Shown: piece by piece, positions 13,906-24,376 of the stretch
Position numbering within the stretch: the stretch's first letter is position 1
Layout of the letters: each line of letters begins with the position of its first letter
Assembly (NCBI GenBank): GCA_030704615.1
Contig: CM060731.1
Coordinates: 78,182,001 to 78,246,000, forward strand
Source of the DNA: Takakia lepidozioides
Lineage: Eukaryota; Plantae; Bryophyta
DNA: 64,000 nucleotides
Reading direction: 5' to 3'
The notes under the pieces: model-generated
Seen by the model: only the letters and a program-made list of their open reading frames with translations
Database searches by the model: none
What the model was told of the DNA's origin: nothing
Program-made: the position numbers and the translations under genes

Positions 13906-14049
13906 AATGTGCTTTTTTTTAAATCTCAAACCTCCTCTATCTTGCATTGGAAATTAACACCAAAATATTATGCAATATCTTATCAATTTTCTCTTTTACC
14001 ATAGATTTATTTATTTATTTATTTTTTGGTGTTTTGTACAAATTTAAAA

Positions 14050-14735
14050 CAACTTATGCAGGACAATGAAAAATATTCTACTTATGAGACTCCAAGCATA
14101 TAAATGATCAATATAATAATAGAAGGTACATGTAAGAATGAACAGGGAATTGTGAAATTTTATATGCATTTAAGAAGGCTGTTATAGAATAGATTTTAAT
14201 TGGATCTGTCACATATTTGTAATTCTTTTTAGTTAAAAATATTTCATTGCATATTTGTCAATACAAAAATTCCAAGTATTGCGAACAAACTAGAAAACTA
14301 TAGAGTATACGTGCACACATGTTATTAGATCCAATTGTTCTTTATCACAATTCCTATGCATCCATCCTATGCATAGGTTACTCATAATCTTCTCGAATTC
14401 ATGGGATACAAATAAATGATCTATATAATAATAATAGCAAATACGTTTATAAGTGAATATTAAATTATGAAATCTTCTCTGCATTTTAAAATAAATTGTT
14501 ATTTTTTTATAATCCTGTCTACACATCCTTGTATTTTTAATTAAAAATAACTTATTGCAGGACAATGAAAATATTCTACTTATGAGACTCTATACATAAA
14601 TGACATGAAAACACATGTAAGAGTGAACACTGAATTGTGATATTTCATATGCATTTAATAAGGCTGTTATAGGATAGATTTTAATTCAATCTCTACCCTT
14701 TGTGATTTTTAATTCACAATATTTTATTGCATATC
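14050..14735. repeat. Diverged AT-rich direct repeat of about 200 bp (about 14050-14250 and 14548-14735)
   Basis: Both copies share GCAGGACAATGAAAATATTCTACTTATGAGACTC...ATATGCATTTAA..AGGCTGTTATAG..TAGATTTTAATT. Confidence 0.7.
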
Positions 14736-14764
14736 TCATAATATAAATTTGGGCTTTGACAACG

Positions 14765-15030
14765 TCACCCCATGGACCTCTTTGCTCTTTTGTAGGACTG
14801 CTGCAGACTCACAAACGCATTACAAACATGACCTGGTCCAGCTTCAATCCTTCCTGCATCTATTGCTGATCATAGGTCTCAAAAGCCTCCATCCCGCGCC
14901 CTGTTGTGCATGCCCTACAATTATCACGTTCCACAACAAAACATCTTGTTTAGCCATATTGTCGAACATGCTCTTCGCATCCTCAAATTTCAATGCTTGA
15001 ACATTTGGCATACATTTAAGGCAGTGTTCA
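14765..15030 (-). pseudogene. PLS-class pentatricopeptide-repeat gene fragment
   Basis: FEDAKSMFDNMAKQDVLLWNVIIVGHAQQG, then frameshifted MEAFETYDQQ*MQEGLKLDQVMF...SKEVHG; typical S/P/L PPR motifs with stops. Confidence 0.8.
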
Positions 15031-15918
15031 GGAATGCTCTCAGGGAAGATGTGACGCACCTTGTTGGCGCCCCGTGCCTTACTGGCGCCACTAACCTTGT
15101 TGGTGCCAACTGCCTTAGTGGCGCCACCTACATTGTTTGACGCCCATGTTGTCAACAAGTGGTGTGAACAACTAAGTTGATTTGTCGAGGGACGTGGTGG
15201 TCATACGGTATTCCTTCGTGTACCAAATGCCCCACAAATCAAAGATGAAAACATCTAAGCATAAATTTGAAGGATCTAAGAATCTATTAGAGAATATTGG
15301 CTGAACAAGTGGGATGAAGACATGGGCATTTGGTATTCCAAAGCATATGTTTGCCCACAAAATCAACCATGGACAAATCATCTACAACCACTAAGTGGTT
15401 GATTTGTCTAGGGTTGTAGATGATTCGTCGATGGTGGTCGTAGATTATTTGTCGAGGGTCGTAGATGATAGTAAAATTGTCGAGCATTTGGTATTCCATA
15501 CAAGAGAACCGGATCTCCGCTGTAAGGAGTAAGGACCCTGGACCGGCCCCGGAGTCCAGACCATCCATGTTTTGCTCTTTCAGCAGAGTGACGCTCCTTG
15601 TCTGAGGAGCTCACGTCCCCTTTCCTCTCTCTTCACTTCGCCCTTTCTTCATCAGGCTCCGCAATTCCGTCGTCGCCAACTCCGCCTTCTCGCTCAGGTA
15701 CCTTGCTGGCCCTGCTTTGGCCTGCGTTGGTGTGTGTTTGGGAGCGGCGGCGTGGTTCCGAATTTTACTCCCGCATGATTTGCTAATCAGCTTTCGATTT
15801 CTGCTTGTATTTGCTCCGCTTTCTTTCTTTCTTTCTTTCTTCCTTGTGGTGTATGAATCTCAAGTTCTCTGTGTTTGGAAAACCAGTGCATTCACTTGTT
15901 CAGGGTCAGGTTTTCACC

Positions 15919-16177
15919 ATGGTCTCTGTCTACTTCAAGACGGATACATCTGCACCCTTTAAGATTTTATGTACCCCTGATGGTAGGATTGATTTCGGTG
16001 CACTTGGGAACGAGTTCGGGTTGCGTCCAGATACTATCAAATTGGACGGAGGTCGGTTTCCTAAGAGAGACCTCGAGTCAAAACATACCTGGGAGGAGAT
16101 CAAGAAGGCCAAGGCCGTCAATCATGCAGGAACGGAAGACGATCCTTTGATGGTCACTGGTGATGGAGCGTCTACAG
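15919..16177 (+). CDS. Header exon of Crinkler-like gene A (86 codons plus phase-1 intron)
   Basis: CT-rich leader, 5'-UTR intron (donor about 15698, acceptor TTCAG 15903), ATG 15919, donor AG|GTATAT at 16178. The peptide is homologous to the exon at 49384-49642. Confidence 0.65.
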
Positions 16178-16425
16178 GTATATGTTTCTTGGTAGCACTA
16201 GTATTCTTTTGCATGCGATATTTCTCTTTGAATGTCAACGGATTTCTGGACTTTCTCCCTGGAAGCTTCCTTCAGTGATTTATTTGAGACGGAGTTGATT
16301 TTGTCAACCATGGGTGTTCATGGAGTTTAGTGAGGTGCACGTATCAGCATTTGCAGCTACAGTTCACGGGAGAGATGAGAATCATCCATTTGTTGAGATA
16401 CAGAGTGCTCTCACCTTTGCTCGTC

Positions 16426-16443
16426 AGGGTTTAGGGTTTAGGG
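16426..16443 (+). repeat. Interstitial telomeric tract AGGG(TTTAGGG)2 terminating a Penelope pLTR
   Basis: Exact plant telomere repeat at the edge of the repeat unit. The same edge occurs at 18374-18390 and, inverted, at 39174-39194. Confidence 0.75.
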
Positions 16444-16926
16444 TCTATAAAAGAGTGGAGACAAATGTAGCAGTGCAACAGGATGTGGACCGCGAATGCA
16501 CCGGGTGCAATAAGAACACAATCCGAACCAAAAAGTTTTTAGGGAGGACCGGGTATGGGCGCCTTGAAAAAACTTGTAGATATCTAGATCTTGGGAATCA
16601 AAACTATTAGCGTTGATCCAGAGAGACAGAAAGCTAGAAAAGAAGTGTTGTTGAGATGTTCTAAGATGCAACTGCAAAGATATGCAAAGAAGCAAATATA
16701 TGTGATTGAAACTATTTCACTGAGATGACAGGAGAATAATACCCTATCTCTTTTGCTAGAGAATAGACACAGTAGAGAACGACTTAAGATGCTCATATAA
16801 CACGCAACACTCGAGAAGGAGTTTAATGCATGCAATAGATGATAGCAAACCTAAGGCTCAACAGCATAGAAGAAACATTGAGACAAGAACCCTTAGATGC
16901 AGAATAGTAGCCAATCTCTATAAAGT

Positions 16927-16966
16927 CCCAGACTAGTTTCGCTCAACAAGTGAGCTCATCAGTGGG
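16927..16966 (-). ncRNA. Type I minimal hammerhead ribozyme (intact core)
   Basis: CCCA-CUGAUGA-GCUCA cuugu UGAGC-GAAA-CUAG-UC/UGGG: all conserved core bases, paired stems I and II, palindromic stem III. Predicted cleavage after 16931. Confidence 0.9.
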
Positions 16967-17005
16967 AGAGAAATGGAATGAGGTACACAGAGCCTCACCC
17001 CCAGC

Positions 17006-17012
17006 TTATATA
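17006..17012 (-). promoter_or_regulatory. TATA box of pLTR (second copy at 17953-17959)
   Basis: CAGTATATAAGC is conserved in both copies, about 27 nt upstream of an Inr-like TCATTC/TCACTC and about 40 nt upstream of the ribozyme. Confidence 0.6.
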
Positions 17013-17029
17013 CTGCTGTAAGGGGTTGT

Positions 17030-17425
17030 CTCAAATAGGCACAAGACCAAAATAAGTAAAAGAAAGTTATTTCTATGTCTAGAATATGAAAAAGTTCTTT
17101 TTTGTGTCTAAAAAATAACTTCATGCCGAAATAAAAAATAAAAAAAACTTTTAAAGCCTAAAACTGGCTTGACAAAAATCAATAATATCTCTCCAATATA
17201 ATTGACTCTATTGTAACTTAACATAAGCACGATAAGAATACAAAATCCCTCGAGTCTTTTTTCAAACTAAAAGCTTGTAGAAAGAAGGTAATTACAGAAC
17301 TTTAGCAAAGTACTAATGAAGTTTAGGGTGTAGGACGTCCCTAAGGTTTAGAATAGAACACATATGAATGTTCAAGCTTCAGAATCAGAGGGGTCCACTT
17401 GCCTGTCAACTTCTGAGTAGGTTGA
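17030..17425 (-). mobile_element. 5'-truncated diverged Penelope-like fragment (RT C-terminus and 3' UTR)
   Basis: Colinear similarity to 22350-22770, e.g. CAGAACTTT...GTTTAGGGT.TAGGAC..CCC.AAGGTTTAGA...GAATG.TCAAG.TTCAGAA. Confidence 0.7.
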
Positions 17426-17870
17426 CAAAAAATTGGAACTATAAATGTAGGAGTACAACAAATTCGAACCGCGAATGCACCGGGTGCAATAGTAGCACAG
17501 TGCAGACTTAAAAGTTTTTAGTGGGGCCGGTTATGCTCCGAAAAAAACTTCAAGATATCTATTGAAAAACTCAAAGAGATGATTCTGAAGACAAAAAGGT
17601 AGGATATGAGTGATGTTGATATGTTCTAAAGTGCAATTGCAAAGACATGCAAATGACTAAAGTGTATGACTGAGACTGTTTCACCATAAATACAGGATAA
17701 CAAAAACCTATCTCTTATGGAAGAGAAAACACACACTAGAGAACAAACCTAGCAGCAAAGGCAAAACTAAACAGACAATCTAAACAATACAACTGTAAGG
17801 TACAACAACACAACGGAGAAAGTGAGACAAAACACACTTATATGCAGAATACTAGCAAATCTTTATAAGC

Positions 17871-17910
17871 CTCAGACTAGTTTTGCTCAAAACCTGAGCT
17901 CTTCAGTGGG
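17871..17910 (-). ncRNA. Second hammerhead ribozyme copy, probably inactive
   Basis: CCCA-CUGAAGA-GCUCA gguuu UGAGC-AAAA-CUAG-UC-UGAG: the core GAAA is mutated to AAAA and stem I has one mismatch. Confidence 0.8.
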
Positions 17911-18707
17911 AAGACAGAAATGGAGTGAAGTACAATGAGCCTCACCGCCAGCTTATATACTGTCGAAGGATTTTAATATACTGTCGACAGTTGCTTTGAG
18001 ACGTTGCAATCTCTTAAAATCCTTCTTGTATTGTATGAAAGAATTGTCCAATAACTTTTGAGCAGCCTCCACAAAGGTAGGAGTGTGATCCCGTTTGTTG
18101 AAAAACATGCCCACTCGTGGTCTCGAAGAAAAACACTCCCAAATTGTGTACAGCTTCCTACTTTAGAAAGTATCATTGCAGACGGTCGCGACATTAATCT
18201 CCACAGCAGTACTGAAGGGACCCCAACCCTCTTTGCCCATCGTTTATTGCAGTTGTCACCTCTTGCAACATTTCAACCTCTACCTCTTTACTTGCCACTT
18301 TCTACCTGCCCTAACCTAAACCCTAAACCTTAACTCATTCCTTATTCTATAATGAAAAGCTAGTTTGGCAACATTTTAGGGTTTAGGGTTCAGAGTTCAC
18401 AGAAAGTGTCAAAACAAATGTAGCAGTACAACGTGGATGCACCGGGTGCAAAATAAACACAATCCGGGCAAACAAGTTTTTAGGGAGGCTTGTTATGCAC
18501 CCCTGGAAAAATTTCAGATACTGTGAATCAAACCTAAAAAGAGAGATCCCGAGAGACAGGAAACTAGAGTAGAAGTATGTGAGGTGTCCTGAAATGCAAT
18601 TGCAAACCTATGCAAGAGGCAAAAGTGCGTATGAGAACTATTTCACTGGATGCACAGGAGAATATAACCCTATCTCTATTTTGCAAGAGAATGGACACAC
18701 TAGGAAC

Positions 18708-20110
18708 AACACTTTCACTGTAGTGCTGGATGAAGCGCAGGTGTTGGGAAGGAAAAATGTAAATGACTATGAATCCCCCGAGACGAAAGAGCTAAGGTCC
18801 ATTTTTTCTCCGTTGATCAAAGCCCTAGTGGGGCCATCTATGGCGTTGCCAAAGCAGAAAGTATTTGTTGCTGGTACAGGTGTCAGTTGAAGCTGGAAGC
18901 GGACATAGGTTCGCTGATTGCAAAAGAAGAGGGTGGTGGCCCGGTTCAATTTTCTTCTGCTCCATTTTCTTCATGGACAGATGTGCGTCAGGTTCTGAAA
19001 TTCTGCAGCGAGTACCTGAAGCTAGAGGATGATCATATGGAGGACAATGCCCAGTATCTGCTGGAAAAGTTCAGAGGCCGTCGAAGGTGTTTGGTAAGTT
19101 GTGTCGAGCGCCTTCTGAGGAAGGCTGGAGGAAGATGGGATATAACGGTAGTAGACAACTATTTCAAGGAGATCACAATCAACACCAATGACAGCACTTC
19201 CATTTATTATGCTGTGAGCGCTCTGTGTGGAGCAAAAGGAACATTTGTCCTGAAAGAAGAATCATTCAATGGTGCTTCCTTGGTGCAAAGAATAGGAACC
19301 TCCTTTGCCTATGCAGGGAGGGGAGAACATACCGTTTCAACGGACGGAGATATGACTTTGCTCGAGTGTGGCCTTGGACAGCTACACCATTCAACAGGTC
19401 CCCAATTCACTTTCTCTATAGTCGAACCGACAATCCATCATAACATCATGAACTATTTGACGATCAACCATTCATTTGAGAAATCACTTAAAGACTACAT
19501 GGTTGATTGCAAGGATGATCCCAGTGCAATGGGTAGGGCATGGGAGAAACTTTTCACAGTTCATGTGGCCAAGCTGTTTGACGGCACAAAATTGTTGGCC
19601 GATATGTGCTGTTTCAAGGATGCAACCCTGCCTCCAAAATTCGCAAGGGACAAGCCAACGATTACCGGTGAAGGTGAAGGAGTGTGGAGGGAGTCATATA
19701 GGATCCACACCGTAAGTAAATTTCTTGATGCTGAAGAGAAATCTCGTCCGCCATGCCTCATTTTTGACGACAGATCTGGAGCTGATGTTCTTTTTGTTGT
19801 GAGACTTGGGAATTTGAAGATTCCTGTCTTCTGTCAACTGAAGCTGCGATCTGAGGTGCAGTGGGCTAGAGCAGTGGCAACTACAGATCCGGAACAAATG
19901 TACAAGAATAGTTCCGAGTCCAAAACGAGGGCGCTTGCCGCATGCAAAGATGGTTGCATTAGCTTGGTAGTTGCCTATCCTGCAAAGAAGCCAGCTAAAC
20001 TTCAATCTGAATGCCAAGATAATCGTTTAATTGGCTATATTGGACAGGTAGAAGCGGAGGATTTGTTTGACCGCGTGTTATGTGATTTCTTACGTTCTAT
20101 CAAGGAGTGA
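18708..20110 (+). pseudogene. Crinkler/RHS-type P-loop NTPase (C-terminal part) plus PD-(D/E)xK REase-fold module; one frameshift near 18887
   Basis: Walker B VVLDEAQ, then R..FSPL...VAGTG.S, followed by PCLIFDDRSGADVLF...IPVFCQLK (G.D...Q.K REase-like site). The Walker A region is missing and replaced by pLTR sequence. Confidence 0.75.
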
Positions 20111-20752
20111 CGGGGACAAATTTTGTGATGGCTCATGGAGTATTGAGAAGGTGAGATTCATTGGGATACTGGCTCTATTTTTTTGTGTTTGGTGACATTT
20201 CTATATTCTCTTGTTGCTGTCACACCTTTCCATGCTATAGAAATATACTACTAAGTTAGACTGCTTCTGTATTCAACCATGGACCAACTTCAAGAACCTG
20301 TGAAAAAGGGACACAAATTAATGACAAGTATGTTTTCATGAACCAATCAATGAGTTCATCAGCTTTGTGTTACACTGATACGATGGTGTGACAAGTTTGC
20401 AGGATATTCCAGAATAATTTTGTTTCCAGGGGAGTCGGCAGGTCAATTGGTTCAACACCAAGGCTCTATGTTGTAGTGCACTGGACATCAGGTGCCATTG
20501 AGAATTGAGATTAGGTGTGAATATTCTTGAAGTTGTGTTTTGGCTACACTTGGCGGTGAGTCAAGTGAACCAAATAGCGTTAAGATAGACTTCTACTAGG
20601 AGTTGTAGACCAGAGTTTTTCATATCATTGGAAGATGTGCAGGCACTCTGAGTATCAGATTCCTTGTGTGTGTCGACGTTGGCTTCTCTGCAGTGATTTC
20701 CGTGATCACTTTTGATTTTTTGTGATTTACCATTCGGAAATTAAAAACCAAC

Positions 20753-21000
20753 AGTCGGTAGCTCAGTTGGCTAAGTGCACTAAGTGCGACCGAGGCGATT
20801 CTGGGGTCGAATCTTGCTACTGACGGGTGTGGCATACTCTTCTCCCCGGTTCCTGGTCCTGTTCCTATGCCTCGCGGCGCGGGTTACTGTGAAAGAGGTT
20901 ATTTTCTCCTCTCACTGTTAAGGGGCCCTGTCGCTCCGAGGTGTTCCTTTTTTTTTAAAGAAAAAACAATAAAGTAAAACAAAATAAAAGAATAAATACA
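20753..21000 (+). mobile_element. tRNA-derived SINE (partial copies at 21957-22065 + and about 36695-36811 -)
   Basis: A box TAGCTCAGTTGG, B box GGGTCGAATC, 3' end CTGTCGCTCC.AG..TTCCTT shared with the SINE at 13685-13905, and an A-rich tail. Confidence 0.8.
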
Positions 21001-22344
21001 AATACGTGAAGAATACAAATATATGAAGAGGTACAAATACATGAAGAAATCAAAAGTGCTTTTTATTTCGGAACAAAGGGAGTAAAAGATGAAAACCATT
21101 ATTTAGAGTTCACCTTATTTGTGTCACTATGCACTAGTAATGTACAAGTCAAAAAATTTAATGTAAGACATTGATATATAGTGACCTACAAAGTTGCACA
21201 AATAGCTGGGTGATTTTTACATTTTAGAGCCGGGCTGCATGCAGGGGCAGGCTGCCCTTCAATTTTCTTAGAGCCCAACTAAACTGGCAAATCGCAGATC
21301 TCATAACGGGGTACTGCCACCTCGTGCATGTCAGGAAACGGGCCCTCCACTTGCTGACTGGAGAATGTATGTCTTTGCGTTGCAAGGGAAACTCCGCTTC
21401 AAGGTTTTTAGTCGGTGCTCTTCTTTCCAATTCCATACCACCTTGCAATCTTTGCGTTCCTCTCCTGTTTTTCATTTGTTTTTGTTTTGATTCTCCACTG
21501 CAATCACACGCCACATTTTCATGTATTTCGTTTCTGTCACCCCAACATTTCCTCTCCAAGCATTTATTGCTCAATTCCCCGTCTCCAATTGCATAGGGGT
21601 TCTTGCAACCCTAGCTGTCCGTGCATAGGACCATGGACGAGGAGGATGCGGATCTTGATCGTGGCTTTCGTTTCGATCGTTGTTCGGGAAGCGCAAGCGG
21701 ACCAGTCAAAGGCGGAGAGCGGCTGTGCTCGGCGATTTAGGCAGGAGTCCTCATATGCAGTATCACGCTCTGTCTCTCGTCCGTGAGGTATTCCACAATG
21801 GCAATCGTTCGAAAATTGAGCATAGTTTTCCGATTTTGTGATTGAAGTGAAACCTAATTTTTTTGCTGTTGTCAAAAATAAGGTGATCGTACCAAAATAA
21901 GTGATATATTAATCATTGGGCATAGTTACTACTATTAGAATGGTCAAGTTTTTGTATAAGTGCACTAAGTGCGACCGAGACGATTCTGGGGTCGAATCTT
22001 GCTACTGACGGGTGTGGAATACTCTTCTCCCCGGTTCCTGGGTGGTGTCCCGTTCCTACGAGTCTTCTCATATGTTTTTTTTGTTGATATATTTCTGTCA
22101 CATGCACATAGAACTTTCAGATCAGGGCCAGAAACTCACAATGTCAGAAACAAGCTCCCTCTCCACACGAGAGAAGACTCGGTCTGCTCCCAGGCTTGAA
22201 TATGTTGTCCTCTTAGCAGGCTGCAGCACCACTACAGTCAATCAGTATGCAGCCATAAACTGAGATGTAGTGAAGAGACAAGTCATCTTCCTCACTGCTC
22301 CATGTCTGTAACGTAGATTTAAAAACCCAAGTTTCAAATGCAAA

Positions 22345-24016
22345 CCTTATACTGTCGAATAAGTGATGTCTCAAAAAGTGCATAAGATAAAAAGACAACT
22401 AAAAGTATCTTTTAGCCGAGAAAGGTCTTTTTTCTAGAAAAGAAAAAGTTCTTTTTCCAACTTAAGCCTGTAAGCCAAGAATATCTCTTTTCTAAAAAAG
22501 AAAAAGGTCTTTTTCCAACTTATGCCTGTAAGCCAAGAATATCTCCTTTAATATAATTGATTCTATTGTAAATAGGAACGTAAATTCCTCGTTTTTTTCC
22601 AACAAACCATAGGTTTGTCAAAAGATGCTAACTGCAGAACTTTCAGAAGATGCTCATGCAGTTTAGGGTTTAGGACTCCCCCAAGGTTTAGAGCTTTGAG
22701 TATATCGAGAATGCTCAAGTTTCAGAACCACGGGGGCCCGCTTACCCATCAACTTACGAGTGGATTCTGAAGCTAACAGTGTAGCACGTTGTGCGTAGTC
22801 ACATAGACTAAAACACTCTAAGATAAAAGACTTTGGATAGCCTCGAGCACGCAGTTGTTCATAGAACAGTCGTCTGATCTCTGAAAAACCTGCACATGTG
22901 CTTTCTCTCAAAATGTATCGGCGTAGCTCACCAATGATGAATGCTCGTTTTTGGTGTCGCGGATGACAGGACGTCCATAGCTAGTACCGATATCTGTTGA
23001 GTGCCTTCTGATGACATCTCGAAGATAGAATCCCACTATTGACAAAATCAGCTCCCTTGAAGAATTGAATATCAAGAATGTCAATAGTAGAGTCAGAGAT
23101 CACCCTTTGAATGCGAATTGTGGGACTGAGAGAGTTGTATCGATCGAGCTAAGTCTCCAAACTTGCCCGAGATCCTTCCCAGATTCCAAATCCGTCATCG
23201 ATGTATCTCTTGTAGTACAAAGACCATATACCTCTTGCTGCGCAAGCCAATTCTCTTTCTAAGCTGCAAAGAAAGAGACAAGCATACACAACAGCAAAAT
23301 TGCTACCCACTGCAGTGCCTTGGATTTGATGCCAATAGCTCGAGCCAAATTGAAGTTGTTCTCCAAGACCATGTGAGAAAGACTCATGACGAGTCTCCTT
23401 CAAACCGGGGTAACTTGAGCTTGCCGGTAATCATGTCCTTCAATCGTCGAAGCCCGTCCCCAGTAGGAATGCTAGGGTACAATGACTCCACATCAAAGGT
23501 GAATAGAAACACATCTCGAGGAAGTTGTCTACTCGACAGATCTTTCAACAAAGAAATTGAATCTATCAAATGATTACGTTCTTGAAGCAAAATAGGAAAC
23601 AAATGGTACTGTAACCACTTGGATGCGTGTTCAAAAAGGTACCCATTGTACGAACAAATTGGTCTCCCAACCACCACGGGTTTGTGCATTTTGGGCACAA
23701 GATAAAACATGCAGGGTCGGTAGCCCCCTTGGGGCTTGAAAGCCTAAAAATCCTTTTCCTGCTTGTCGATTAATCCCCGCATAAAAGCAGAAGTGAGCAC
23801 TGCATCCAAATCATACTTGAGATTGTCCCATGGAATCTCTGCCACAGATTCATAAACTTGTCCATCGTGGAGTTGGCGGTGTGCCTCATCTATGTACCAA
23901 TCCTTATGCATGATCACCAACCCAAGATTTTTGTCCGCGGGATTGATGACGATGGAGTCATCTGTAGTCAGAGCACGCATTGCGGTCTTGAGATGACCTC
24001 AAATAGAGGACTTGAA
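22345..24016 (-). mobile_element. Endonuclease-less Penelope-like element, RT pseudogene (left copy)
   Basis: PADKNLG, PKMHKP..RPI, FDVESLYPSIP, QIQGTAVGS, RYIDD, LRARGYP; several stops and frameshifts. Confidence 0.92.
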
Positions 24017-24376
24017 AGGGCTCCACCTAGTGAGCGCCTCCGCCTCCTTGAGTGCCTTGGGCACTCAAGGGTGCTTCGACAGAGCGAGCCGGAAAGCGAG
24101 CAAAGAGTGGGGAGCTGTTCCGGACTGCCAACTACCAAAGGGAATTCCGCTGGTTCCGAAGGGGTGAAGGGTTCTTTGGGAGATCGTAGGGGGGACCGTT
24201 ATGCCCCGGTGAGCAGCCGAAGCTCCAAGTTGGCCCGGCGGCCAGGTTGGGAGTTAGGCGCGCGCATCAAGCGAGTAACTATGACTTGAGGGGGGAACTT
24301 ACCGAAGTGAGGTGCGCGACACTTGGTATCAGAGCATAGAGTTCAGTACGCAATCGTCCTTGGGATTGGCCTCATC

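Larger units (their letters stand above)
16444..17015 (-). repeat. Penelope-like pseudo-LTR copy 1 (TATA, Inr, hammerhead, body, telomeric end)
   Basis: Diverged homologous copies at about 17440-17965, 18391-18707 and 38862-39173(+). Lies directly 3' of a Penelope RT C-terminal fragment. Confidence 0.8.
18197..24016. repeat. Left arm of large inverted duplication (partner 34561-39370)
   Basis: 18197-20855 is the reverse complement of about 36710-39370, and 21957-24016 of 34561-36790. Near-identical ORF translations occur on opposite strands. Confidence 0.95.

Noticed and set aside
15060-15485. Short 18-24-nt tandem repeats as a CRISPR-like array
   Set aside because: Degenerate units with no unique spacers, in a eukaryotic context.
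18579-18707. N-terminus of the Crinkler ORF as given in the ORF track
   Set aside because: This stretch is antisense pLTR sequence fused in frame by chance.
22661-22674. Telomeric tract as an insertion junction (also 36077-36090)
   Set aside because: It lies inside the RT C-terminal coding region in all copies, not at a boundary.
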